DNA from: Polyangiales bacterium
GTDB taxonomy: Bacteria; Myxococcota_A; Polyangia; Polyangiales; Polyangiaceae
Direction of reading: 5' to 3'
DNA length: 64,000 nt
NCBI GenBank assembly: GCA_038230375.1
Contig: JBBRNJ010000010.1
Coordinates: 64,001 to 128,000 of the forward strand
The position numbers and the translations under genes are program-made. This document shows positions 1-8,844 of this stretch, piece after piece. The notes below the pieces were generated by a model, which did not search any database, was not told the DNA's origin, and was given only the letters and a program-made list of their open reading frames with translations. Position 1 is the first letter of the stretch. Each line of letters begins with the position of its first letter.

Positions 1-94
1 CGCGACGCCCGCAGCCAAACGCCTGGACGCGATCTTGCGCGGCGTGTGGGAAGAGAAGAAGAAGGCCGAGTTGCCCGTTCCGCCCGAGGCCTGA
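1..94 (+). CDS. 3' end of a CDS entering from outside the window (unknown product)
   Basis: Frame from nt 2 reads ATPAAKRLDAILRGVWEEKKKAELPVPPEA* with GC-rich third positions, ending TGA at 92-94. Confidence 0.6.
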   Translation, partial: ATPAAKRLDAILRGVWEEKKKAELPVPPEA

Positions 95-116
95 TCTTGT
101 GTAGGCTGCGCCAGCG

Positions 117-386
117 ATGGCGCGCGTGGTCTTCACCGAGAACCTGCAGAGGCACGTCGCGTGCCCGCCCACGGAGGCCCGCGGCAATACGGTGCGTGAG
201 GCGCTCGAGCACGTATTCGACGGCAACACGCGCCTGCGCGGCTACGTCGTGGACGAGCGAGGCGCGCTACGCAAGCACATGGTGGTGTTCGTGGACGGCA
301 CGATCATCACCGACCGCGAGAAGCTGTCCGATCCCATCGGTGCGGGCTCGGAGATCTACGTGATGCAGGCGCTGTCCGGAGGATAG
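117..386 (+). CDS. MoaD/ThiS family ubiquitin-like (beta-grasp) protein
   Basis: 89 aa, 'G.TVREAL..VF....LRGYVVDE.G.LRKH.VVFVDG' pattern and C-terminal ALSGG diglycine. Confidence 0.92.
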   Translation: MARVVFTENLQRHVACPPTEARGNTVREALEHVFDGNTRLRGYVVDERGALRKHMVVFVDGTIITDREKLSDPIGAGSEIYVMQALSGG

Positions 387-388
387 AC

Positions 389-1486
389 ATGTCAGGGCTG
401 ATGATTTCAACGAAGAAGGGCCTCTTCTGGATCGAGGGAAAAGGCAGCGCCGCGCGCGTCTCCCGCTCCGCGTTCCTTGGAGACAACGTCGTCCTCACCA
501 TGAAGGACCGCCGCGACGGCACGACGTACGCGGTGCTCGACCACGGACACTTCAGCGTGAAGCTCCATCGCTCCGACGACGACGGCGTGACCTGGAAGGA
601 GATCGCCATCCCCGCCTATCCGCCGAAGCCCGAGGGCTTCGTGGACAAGGACATGTGGGGCAAGGATCGCGAGTGGGCCACGAAGAACATCTGGGCGCTG
701 GTCCCCGCGCTCGACGCCTTGGGCGCGCTCTGGTGTGGCACCATGCCCGGCGGCCTCTTCCGCTCCGACGACCGCGGCGACACGTGGCGCCTCATCGAGA
801 GCCTATGGAATCAGCCCACGCGCGTGAAGTGGAATGGCGGCGGCGCCGATCACGCGGCCATCCATTCCATCTGCGTGGACCCGCGCGATCCGCGCGTCGT
901 CGTCGTCGCGGTGTCGAGCGGCGGCGTGTGGCGCACGCGCGATGCAGGCGCAACATGGCAGCCCCACACGAAGGGCATGAAGGCGGGTTACGTGCCGCCC
1001 GAGCAGGCCGACTGGCCGGAGAACCAGGATCCGCACTGCGTCGTGCAGAGCCCGTCGAACCCGGAGGTCTTCTGGTGCCAGCACCACATGGGCATCTGGC
1101 GCTCCTCGAACGATCTCGCGAGCTGGGAGCAGCTGACCGCAGAGCCATCGAGCTTTGGCTTCCCCGTCGTCGTGCATCCGCGCGACGCCGACCGCGCGTG
1201 GTTCGTACCCGCGCACTCCGACCAGAAGCGCGCGCCGATCTGGGGCCAGGTGCTGGTCACACGCACGAAGGACGGAGGCAAGACCTTCGAGACGCTGCGC
1301 GAAGGCCTGCCACAAGAGCACGCGTACGATCTGGTCTACCGCCACGCCATGGACATCGCGGACGACGGCGACCAGATCGCGTTCGGCTCCACCACCGGCA
1401 ACCTGTGGCTCACGGAAGACCAGGGCGAGCACTGGCACGCGGTCGCACACCACCTGCCTCCGATCTTCGCCGTGCGCTTCGTCTGA
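389..1486 (+). CDS. BNR/Asp-box (sialidase-like) beta-propeller protein, no signal peptide
   Basis: Several Asp-boxes (SDDDGVTW, SDDRGDTW, TRDAGATW, TKDGGKTF, TEDQGEHW). GGAGG SD; starts 2 nt after the MoaD-like stop. Confidence 0.88.
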   Translation: MSGLMISTKKGLFWIEGKGSAARVSRSAFLGDNVVLTMKDRRDGTTYAVLDHGHFSVKLHRSDDDGVTWKEIAIPAYPPKPEGFVDKDMWGKDREWATKNIWALVPALDALGALWCGTMPGGLFRSDDRGDTWRLIESLWNQPTRVKWNGGGADHAAIHSICVDPRDPRVVVVAVSSGGVWRTRDAGATWQPHTKGMKAGYVPPEQADWPENQDPHCVVQSPSNPEVFWCQHHMGIWRSSNDLASWEQLTAEPSSFGFPVVVHPRDADRAWFVPAHSDQKRAPIWGQVLVTRTKDGGKTFETLREGLPQEHAYDLVYRHAMDIADDGDQIAFGSTTGNLWLTEDQGEHWHAVAHHLPPIFAVRFV

Positions 1487-1513
1487 CGTCAGCACCAGCG
1501 GCAAGACTCGGTG

Positions 1514-1519
1514 TAGGAT
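1514..1519 (+). promoter_or_regulatory. -10 box TAGGAT, leaderless start of kinase gene
   Basis: TAnnnT 6 nt before GTG at 1526, no SD. Confidence 0.55.
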
Positions 1520-1525
1520 CGGCGC

Positions 1526-3754
1526 GTGGATCCGGCGCTTGCTCCCACATCACAGTTCGGACCGTTCGCCATCGGAGCGGTCCTGGCGTCACGCTACGAG
1601 ATCCTCGCGCCGCTGGGCGAAGGTGGGATGGGCGCGGTGTATCGCGCGCTGGACCGCACGCTCGAAGAAGAGGTCGCCCTCAAGGTGCTTCGTCCGGAGC
1701 TCGCGGCCAACGCGGACGCGCTTGCGCGCTTTCATCGAGAGGTGAAGCTCGCACGGCGCGTGACCCACGCGAACGTGGCCCGCACGTACGATCTGGGCTT
1801 TCACGAAGGCACCCGCTTCATCACCATGGAGCTCATTCACGGCGAGTCACTCGCGGTGGCGGCTCGTCGCGGCGTTGCGCTGCCGGAGGCGCTGCGCATC
1901 GCACACGAGGCCTGCCTTGGCCTGATCGCTGCGCATGCCGTGGGCGTGGTCCACCGGGATTTCAAGCCCGACAACGTGATGCTGGAGGAGCAGCGCGTGA
2001 AGCTGACCGACTTCGGCATCGCACGTGCGCTCGGTGCGCCCGACGCCCACACGGTCAACGCCATCGTCGGCACGCCGGCGTACATGGCTCCGGAGCAGGT
2101 GGAGGGGCACGCGATCGACGGCCGAACCGACGTCTACGCGTTCGGTGTGATGCTGTTCGAGCTGACCACGCGGCGCCTGCCCTGGGACGGCGATTCTCCG
2201 TTCGCGCTCGCGGCCGCGCGCCTGCTGCGGCCCGCTCCACGCGCGCGCGACGTCGCAGCCGACGTGCCCGATGGTGTGGACGCTCTCATCGCTCACATGC
2301 TCCAGAAGAAGCGCGAGGATCGCCCCGACGCGGCGAGCGTGGCCGACGAGCTCGAACGGCTGCGCGGCGTACGAGCGCGGACACTTTCGCCGGGTGGGCT
2401 CACCTCGACGCTGAGCAACCTGCCGAGCGTCACCGAGCGCGCCGTGGTGCTTCGTCCATTCGACGGCGAGCCCGCGGAGCTGGCCGCATCGCTCGAGGCA
2501 GTGCTCGGCGACGCGCTGGTCAACGCCAAGGGGCTCACCGTTGCCCTCCTGCGCGAGGCTCCGAATGCACGCGGTGACGTCGCCCTCGCGGGCAGCGTGC
2601 GAGCTGCTGGTGATACCGTGCGTGTGCGCGTTCGCCTCGTGGAGCCGGTGAGCGGTGTCACCACGTGGGCGGATCAGATCGATGGGACGAAGAGCGATCC
2701 GTTCGCGCTCGAGGATGCGCTCGTCTCGCGCGTGGTGCCTGCCATCGTGCACCGCTGCGGCGGCGGCCAGGGACCAGGCGATCCGGCGGTTCGCGCTCGG
2801 TGGGAAGAGGCCCGCGCCCTGTACGCGGAGGTCGCGCCGGCGAGCGTCATGAAGGCGACCGCCATCGCCGAGGAGATCCTCACGAGCGACCCGAAGAATC
2901 CGTGGGCGATGGCACTCCTTGCGCTCTGCGGAATGCGCACGTTCACGCAGATCGGCTCCGCGGACCAGACGATCGTGGCACGCAGCGAGGAGCTGGCGTT
3001 GCGCGCGCTGGACATCGATCCCCGCGTGGCGGACGCGTACTATGCGGTGGCGCTGGTTCGCTGGGCCACCGGTGACTATCGCGGCGTCATCCAGGCGGAT
3101 CAGGAGGCACTTCGACGAAACCCGCTCTTTGGCGACGCCCACGCGGGCCTCGCGTCGGTGCTCGCGGACCTTGGCAGTCTTGATGCAGCGCTGCAACGCG
3201 TGGACGTTGCCATCAGGCTCCAGCCCCGCGACTTCAATGCGCGTGCGACGCGCGTCCGCACGCTGGCGCTGCTCGGCCGGGTGGGCGAGACGAAGACGGA
3301 GATCCAGCGCATGTACGACCTGGGAGGCGGCGCCGCGGTCACGAGCATGGAGGCACGGCTGGTGTTCTGGTGGGGCGACCGCGAACACGCGGGGCTCCTC
3401 GCTGAACGCATGACTGCACTCGCATCCAAGGCGTCGTGGGACAGTGCGATCCCTGCGCTACGCGCCTATGCACGCAACGAAGCCGACCCGGACGCGGTCG
3501 TACGGCTGGAGACCTGGTATGGCCAGGCCTTCGGGGCGAGCCGCGGACTCATCCTCCAGATCGCAACGGAGTACTTTGCCGCGATCGGTGATCGCGAGCA
3601 GGCGCTGAGCTTCATCAGGCGATTCGAACCGCGCACCTTCTGGTCGCTGGGGTGGCTCGACCACTGCCCAGCGCTCGCATGCGTGCGCGACTCCACGGAG
3701 CTCGCAGCGCTTCGCGTGAGTACGGCGGAGCGCGTTGCGCGGCTACTTGACTAG
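1526..3754 (+). CDS. Ser/Thr protein kinase with TolB-N-like domain and TPR repeats
   Basis: LGEGGMGAVY, VALK, HRDFKPDN, DFG, GTPAYMAPE; central 'GSVRAAGDTVRVRVRLVE..SGVTTWAD' TolB-N-like motif; C-terminal TPR-like helices. Confidence 0.93.
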   Translation: MDPALAPTSQFGPFAIGAVLASRYEILAPLGEGGMGAVYRALDRTLEEEVALKVLRPELAANADALARFHREVKLARRVTHANVARTYDLGFHEGTRFITMELIHGESLAVAARRGVALPEALRIAHEACLGLIAAHAVGVVHRDFKPDNVMLEEQRVKLTDFGIARALGAPDAHTVNAIVGTPAYMAPEQVEGHAIDGRTDVYAFGVMLFELTTRRLPWDGDSPFALAAARLLRPAPRARDVAADVPDGVDALIAHMLQKKREDRPDAASVADELERLRGVRARTLSPGGLTSTLSNLPSVTERAVVLRPFDGEPAELAASLEAVLGDALVNAKGLTVALLREAPNARGDVALAGSVRAAGDTVRVRVRLVEPVSGVTTWADQIDGTKSDPFALEDALVSRVVPAIVHRCGGGQGPGDPAVRARWEEARALYAEVAPASVMKATAIAEEILTSDPKNPWAMALLALCGMRTFTQIGSADQTIVARSEELALRALDIDPRVADAYYAVALVRWATGDYRGVIQADQEALRRNPLFGDAHAGLASVLADLGSLDAALQRVDVAIRLQPRDFNARATRVRTLALLGRVGETKTEIQRMYDLGGGAAVTSMEARLVFWWGDREHAGLLAERMTALASKASWDSAIPALRAYARNEADPDAVVRLETWYGQAFGASRGLILQIATEYFAAIGDREQALSFIRRFEPRTFWSLGWLDHCPALACVRDSTELAALRVSTAERVARLLD

Positions 3755-3756
3755 GC

Positions 3757-4314
3757 TCATCGGTAGGGGAGGCTCACGGCGTCCCTCATGGTCCGCGCGG
3801 CCTCTGCCAGCTGCCTCGTCGCGTTCACCGCGATGGGGACGTCGAGCACGATGCGGTCGGCGGACACGTATCGCTCGGCGCGCGTGATGTTCACGCCTAG
3901 CGCGGTCACCTCGAGCTCGGTCACGCCCATCGATGCCGTGGTCGCATGCAGGGTCTCGACCATCTGCTGGAGTCCAGAGCCTAGAAGCAGCTTCAGTCGC
4001 TCGGGTTCCGACGTCCTGAGCTTGAAGGTCGCGTCGAACTGCGCGTCACCGATCGCCACGTCGTGCATTCCGGCGACATGCGCGAGCCGATCCCCAAAAC
4101 CCTCCAGCCCGATCGAGAACTCGAACGGCAGCGGCTGCTCGAGGAACGCCATCGTTTCGAACCTGTCTCCCGACACGCTGCGCGTGAGGCGCACGGGCAC
4201 ACCGCCAAGTGACCCGTAGATCGTGAGAACGCTGTGCGTCTCGAAGAGGCTGGGCCCAGGCAGGAAGATCCACCCGAGCCGCTTCGCGGCCTCCTTCATC
4301 TCGTCGATGGGCAC
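3757..4314 (-). CDS. hypothetical protein (185 aa)
   Basis: Coding-like ORF filling the gap, leaderless -10 upstream, 'DVAIGDAQFDATF' motif of a myxobacterial-type hypothetical family. Confidence 0.75.
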   Translation of the reverse strand: MPIDEMKEAAKRLGWIFLPGPSLFETHSVLTIYGSLGGVPVRLTRSVSGDRFETMAFLEQPLPFEFSIGLEGFGDRLAHVAGMHDVAIGDAQFDATFKLRTSEPERLKLLLGSGLQQMVETLHATTASMGVTELEVTALGVNITRAERYVSADRIVLDVPIAVNATRQLAEAARTMRDAVSLPYR

Positions 4315-4320
4315 GACGAC

Positions 4321-4326
4321 AGCATA
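4321..4326 (-). promoter_or_regulatory. -10 box TATGCT, leaderless start
   Basis: 6 nt before GTG at 4314. Confidence 0.55.
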
Positions 4327-4365
4327 ACCGCGCGCGTCGTTCGACTGCGACGCGTTCGTGATCGT

Positions 4366-5841
4366 TCACTTCTTGTCGAGGCGACGGATCGTGTGGATCC
4401 CGTCGTCGAGCTCGATGCTCAGATCGTCCATCGCGCGCATCTCGCCCATGTCGACTTCGACCTCGATCGATGGCTCCTCATCCCTCGGGCGCCTCTGCAG
4501 CTGCTTCTTCCCTGGGACCTTCATGGGCCTCGTCCCCGGTCGAGCGAGCGGCACGGCGTTCCTGGCAATCTTCGTGGGCGCCTTCGTGGGGACCTTGGAG
4601 GCGATCTTCGTGGGCGCCTTCCGGTGGATCGTTCGCTCGCCCTCGCTCTGGTAGGCGGACTCCGCTTTGTGGCGCTGCGTCGGCTCGTCGAGATCGGAGT
4701 CGTCCCTTGGCGGCGGCTGCGGGTTCACCTCCGCTCGTCGCGCGAGCTGCTCGCCCGACTGCGACTTGCTCATCACCACCTTGCCCGAGTGACTCTGCGA
4801 CTGCTCGCCCGTGTACGGTCGCTCTCTCGCCGCCTTCTGCTCGCGCGCCGGCGCGCCTGGCGCGGCCGCTCTGGACTTCAACGCGATCGCTGCGAGGGCA
4901 GTGCCACTGGGCGCAGGCTTGGGCACGTCGCCGGCGGCCGGACCTGCATCCAGGAACTCGTTGAGGAGCTGGTCCACGCGCGTCGCGGTCTTGAGCCAAG
5001 CCATCAGCGCGTCACGCATCTCGAGAGCGCTCGAGAAGCGCGCGGCCGCGTCCCACTCTATCGCCCGCTCCACGATGCGCGCGAAGACGGGGTCGACATC
5101 GGGCTGAAGCTCACGGAGCGGCGGCGCGCCACGCTCGCGCAGCTTCTGGATCATCTCGAAGAGATTCGCCGCGCGGTACGGCGGCTGTCCCGAGACGGCG
5201 CGATAGAGCATGACGCCGACCGCATAGAGATCGACGCGGAAGTCGATCTCCGACGAGCCCGACTCGAACTGCTCCGGCGCCATGTACGTGAGCGTGCCGA
5301 AGAGCGTCCCGATGCCGCTCTTGACGTCGCCAGCCTCACCCTTCGCCGCCATCTTGCAACAACCGAAGTCCAGGATCTTCACGAAGTCCGGGCCGCTCTC
5401 CATCCGCACCAGATAAATGTTCGCGGGCTTCAGATCGCGGTGGATGATCCCCGCCTGGTGCACCTTCGTGAGGCCCTCCAGGAGCTGGAGCGCGACCATG
5501 CCGATCTCCGTGGCCGACACGCGAACGCGCGCCTTGAGTCGCTCGGCCAGGCTCTCGCCGTCCAGGTACTCCATCACCATGAAGCGATCGCCCCGCGGCA
5601 GGTCGCCGATGTCGATCACGTCCGCGATGTGCGTGGAGCCGATGCGTGCAGCGGCCTGCGCCTCGCGCTCGAAGCGCGCGACCAGATCTCGGTCCATCGA
5701 CAGACGCGCGTGCATCACCTTGATCGCGACGCGGCGATTCAAGCGGATGTTGCGTCCTTCGTAGACCACACCCATCCCGCCTTCGCCGATGAGGCGAACA
5801 ACAACGTACTTGTTGTCGACGACGTCGCCTGCGTTCAGCAC
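4366..5841 (-). CDS. Ser/Thr protein kinase with disordered cytoplasmic C-terminal tail
   Basis: IGEGGMGVVY, VAIK, HRDLKPAN, DFG, YMAPE; low-complexity tail without a TM helix. Confidence 0.93.
   Translation of the reverse strand: MLNAGDVVDNKYVVVRLIGEGGMGVVYEGRNIRLNRRVAIKVMHARLSMDRDLVARFEREAQAAARIGSTHIADVIDIGDLPRGDRFMVMEYLDGESLAERLKARVRVSATEIGMVALQLLEGLTKVHQAGIIHRDLKPANIYLVRMESGPDFVKILDFGCCKMAAKGEAGDVKSGIGTLFGTLTYMAPEQFESGSSEIDFRVDLYAVGVMLYRAVSGQPPYRAANLFEMIQKLRERGAPPLRELQPDVDPVFARIVERAIEWDAAARFSSALEMRDALMAWLKTATRVDQLLNEFLDAGPAAGDVPKPAPSGTALAAIALKSRAAAPGAPAREQKAARERPYTGEQSQSHSGKVVMSKSQSGEQLARRAEVNPQPPPRDDSDLDEPTQRHKAESAYQSEGERTIHRKAPTKIASKVPTKAPTKIARNAVPLARPGTRPMKVPGKKQLQRRPRDEEPSIEVEVDMGEMRAMDDLSIELDDGIHTIRRLDKK
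4568..4621. repeat. 18-bp direct repeat (ATCTTCGTGGGCGCCTTC, period 36) encoding KAPTKI in the kinase tail
   Basis: Copies at 4568-4585 and 4604-4621. Confidence 0.8.
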
Positions 5842-5918
5842 GTAATTTCAAGAGTATCGCGATTGCCTTGCTCGCGATACTTCACCTGAAATGCGCCTAG
5901 TTCTGGGTACTCACGCAC

Positions 5919-7643
5919 TCACGGGCACGGAACCGAGATCGCGCCCGTGGCCGCGCCGCCCTTCAGGTCCACCACGGAGTCGGCGCTGACGTTGAGCGCC
6001 GACAGGCCGTTCACGGTTCCACACTGGAAGCTCGCGCTCGCCGGTGTGGCTCCGAGCGTGTTGCCGTTGATGACGACCGGCGATGCGATGGTGCCCGCGC
6101 CCTGCGCGTTGATCTGGATGTTGCCGCCCACGACGTTGTTGTTCGTGACCGTGCCGCCTTTGATGTTTGGCGATGCGTACCAGGGATGCGGACCGAGCTC
6201 GATCCCGAAGTGGCAGGCCACCGGGCAGTAGACGATATTGTTGCTCAGCGTGGTGCCGGTGAAGTCGCCGAGCGCGGGGTTGTTGAAGTTGTCCAGCATG
6301 ATGGCCGCGAACGAGCTCTGCGTGAGCTGCTGCGCGGTGTTGCCGGTGTACTGCGCATTCACGCCGCCGCCGGAGATGAAGCCGACATCGCTGTTGTCCA
6401 CGAAGCGGCTCTGCGTGACCTTCGCGTTGTCGCTCTTGTGGATGGTCAGGCCGTCGGACCACATGTTCTGCGTGTTGTGGTCGCCGTTGCCGAAGAAGTC
6501 GCTGTTCTCGACGACGACGCCGTCACCGTCCCACTCCAGACCGGAGCCGCAGACCGCGCGCGCCGAGACGCTGCCCTTGATCGCGCAGCTCGCGCAGTTC
6601 GCGCCAATGTTGATGCCGTCGCCGTTCTGCCCCGCCGCGCAGTTCGTGGCGGCCGTGGTGACAAGGCGCGCGGCGCGATTGCCGTCGACCACGACGTGCT
6701 CGAGCGTGACGGCGGAGGTGGCGGTCCCGAGCGAGCCGAGCCGCACGAAGCCGCGCGTGGCGCCCGCGGATGGGAGCGTGGTCGTGTCCGCGCGAAGCAC
6801 GGCGCATGGCGCGGTGTCGTAGTCCAGGCAGCTCGGCTTGGCGCCCATGACGCCTGTAGTGGCCAACGTCATGGGCTTGTCGATCACGATGACCCCGGAG
6901 ATCCTGTAGATGCCGGGAGGCAGCGCGAGCGTGCCGCCCGATGAAGTGCTCGCGATGCATGCGTTGATCGCGGCGGTGGCGTCCGTTGCGCCGGATGCAT
7001 CAGCCTTCTGGCCGGAGCAGATCGTGATCGCTGCGGCAGCCACCGCCTGCACGTCGATGGTGTGCTGTGTGCTCGCGTGTCCAAGCCATGCGACCCCTTC
7101 GCGCACGAGCTCGTACGCATACGGATGCGTCCCCGTGAGGGGCGGGGCATGGACCGCGAGCTGGATGGTCACCGCGTTGCCCGGCGGCACGTCCACGGGC
7201 AGCGCGATGCGCGACGGCGTCCACGTGGTGCTGTCATGCGGCGCGCTCGGACCTAGCTTGACGGCGGGCCCGCTCATGGGCGCGGATGACCACGTGGTGG
7301 TACCGCAGTTCGCGAACGTGACGCTGGTGACGACATGCTGCCAGGGCGTGAGCGTTGCCGGCGGTGCGCTTTCACTCACGAACACGACCTCCGGCGAAGC
7401 CGACGGACACGTGTACGCCGCGAGCACCGGTCCAGCGCCTGCGTCGCCACCCGCATCGATTCCGAGCGCTGTCGCTCCGTCGCTTGCGTTCGCGCTCGCC
7501 GCGTCTGCGCTTCCCGGAGCAGCGTCCGCGGTGTCCGTTGTCTTCGCAGGGGATGAGTCAGAGCCGCCACACGCAAGCGCGGACAGCGTGACTGCGACAG
7601 ACAGGGTGAGGACGGCGGGGAGAAGCGCGGCTCCGCGGTGCAT
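5919..7643 (-). CDS. lipoprotein with NBR1-like Ig domain and right-handed parallel beta-helix (pectin-lyase-like) domain
   Basis: Lipobox ALA-C; 'VTFANCGTTTW...VPPG..VT....APP..G....YELVREGVAW' Ig-like motif; 'DATAAINACI...GGTLALPPGIYRI' Pectate_lyase_3-like start; N/D/G-rich PbH1-like repeats. Confidence 0.85.
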   Translation of the reverse strand: MHRGAALLPAVLTLSVAVTLSALACGGSDSSPAKTTDTADAAPGSADAASANASDGATALGIDAGGDAGAGPVLAAYTCPSASPEVVFVSESAPPATLTPWQHVVTSVTFANCGTTTWSSAPMSGPAVKLGPSAPHDSTTWTPSRIALPVDVPPGNAVTIQLAVHAPPLTGTHPYAYELVREGVAWLGHASTQHTIDVQAVAAAAITICSGQKADASGATDATAAINACIASTSSGGTLALPPGIYRISGVIVIDKPMTLATTGVMGAKPSCLDYDTAPCAVLRADTTTLPSAGATRGFVRLGSLGTATSAVTLEHVVVDGNRAARLVTTAATNCAAGQNGDGINIGANCASCAIKGSVSARAVCGSGLEWDGDGVVVENSDFFGNGDHNTQNMWSDGLTIHKSDNAKVTQSRFVDNSDVGFISGGGVNAQYTGNTAQQLTQSSFAAIMLDNFNNPALGDFTGTTLSNNIVYCPVACHFGIELGPHPWYASPNIKGGTVTNNNVVGGNIQINAQGAGTIASPVVINGNTLGATPASASFQCGTVNGLSALNVSADSVVDLKGGAATGAISVPCP

Positions 7644-7667
7644 GATCCCGCGCTTCTAGCACGCCAG

Positions 7668-7950
7668 ATGGACGACGCCCGTTCCGCCCGATACGTCGTG
7701 GAAAGGATGATGAGACGCTGGTTCGCCGTTCCAGCTGCTGAAACCATTTCGCGCCGCTGGGGTCTGGTACCAAGTGGAGCTGACGGCCGACTACGCGAAC
7801 GCCTCGGCGTCGGCATGGTTTGGGTCCAGCATGGTCGCCATGGTGTTGCCCACGGCCGCGAAGCCCGGCGGCCTGCCCACCGTCGCATTTGGCCCTGATT
7901 TCTCGGCAAACCGCGTCGGGCTCGACAACATCGTGGTGGACGTTCACTGA
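7668..7950 (+). pseudogene. probable 3' remnant of a ConA-like/beta-sandwich domain gene
   Basis: Stop-to-stop frame 7714-7950 reads DAGSPFQLLKPFRAAGVWYQVELTADY...LDNIVVDVH* with coding-like codon use but no proper start. The upstream ATG (7668) is in another frame. Confidence 0.45.
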
Positions 7951-7988
7951 GCGGTGGATCGGCGGTGCCGTGGTAGCCTTCCACCACC

Positions 7989-8801
7989 ATGACGAAGCTC
8001 GTATCAGTCGCAGCGGTCGGTATTGCTCTTGTCGCCATCGGCTGTGAGCCGGCACCGGCGCGCCCTGCAGAGGCTCCTCACGCGGCCGCCGCGCCTGTCG
8101 CCCCCACGCCTCCTACGCCGCCCACGCCTCCGCCGCCTCCCGGTGATCACGCAGGAGGCTCTGGCTGGCCGCATCACGGAGAGGGCGGCGACGCCCACGA
8201 AGGCATGGCTCATCACCCCGGACCGAAGGGCGAGCACGATGGTGGCGGTCCCGGTCACGCGATGGGCGAGCGGATGCGTGGACACCAGAACCGCGCGCGC
8301 GGCGCCCAGTCACGAGGCGAGCACGGACCCATGGAGCACGGGGGTGGCGAGATGGCGCGCGAGCTCGCCACGCTTGGCGTGCACTTCTACCCCGCGCCGA
8401 GCCTCATTCGCCGCTCGAAGGAGATCGGCCTCACGCCCGATCAGCTGACAAAGATCCGCGGCGAGATGCTGACCACCCAATCGAAGGCGATCGACCTCCA
8501 CGCGAAGGTGCAGCACTCCCGCGTCGAGGCAGCGCGCTTGCTGTCCGCCGAGAAGATCGACGAGAAGGCCGTGGACGCACAGATCGACGAGGCCACCAAG
8601 GCCGAGGCCGAGATGCACAAGCTCCACGTCGGCGCGATGCTGCGCATCCGCGCGCTGCTCACCGCCGAGCAACGTCAGAAGCTCGATGAGCGCAAGAAGG
8701 GCATGCACCACGACGGGAAGCCCGGCGGCGTCGCGGGAGGCCCCATGGGCCAGGACGACGATGATGGCGACGACGACGACGACGACGACGTCGAGGGCTG
8801 A
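7989..8801 (+). CDS. Spy/CpxP/ZraP-like periplasmic helical lipoprotein, His-rich N-region and acidic tail
   Basis: Lipobox AIG-C; two LTxxQ motifs (LTPDQ, LTAEQ); His/Gly-rich segment; poly-Asp C-terminus. Confidence 0.85.
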   Translation: MTKLVSVAAVGIALVAIGCEPAPARPAEAPHAAAAPVAPTPPTPPTPPPPPGDHAGGSGWPHHGEGGDAHEGMAHHPGPKGEHDGGGPGHAMGERMRGHQNRARGAQSRGEHGPMEHGGGEMARELATLGVHFYPAPSLIRRSKEIGLTPDQLTKIRGEMLTTQSKAIDLHAKVQHSRVEAARLLSAEKIDEKAVDAQIDEATKAEAEMHKLHVGAMLRIRALLTAEQRQKLDERKKGMHHDGKPGGVAGGPMGQDDDDGDDDDDDDVEG

Positions 8802-8844
8802 AGCGCTGCTATTCTGAGAGCGGTACGAAACCGAGGGGACGTCC

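Noticed and set aside
655..2577. Long alternative-frame and antisense ORFs (e.g. 655-2577, 1847-3388, 4234-5889, 48544-50670, 56393-58123)
   Set aside because: Arg/Ala/Pro-rich shadow frames expected in high-GC DNA; they overlap well-supported genes and show no motifs.
7652..7666. TGGCGTG-CTAG-AAGC on the - strand as a sigma54 promoter
   Set aside because: Poor -12 element, and the predicted +1 would fall inside the CDS.
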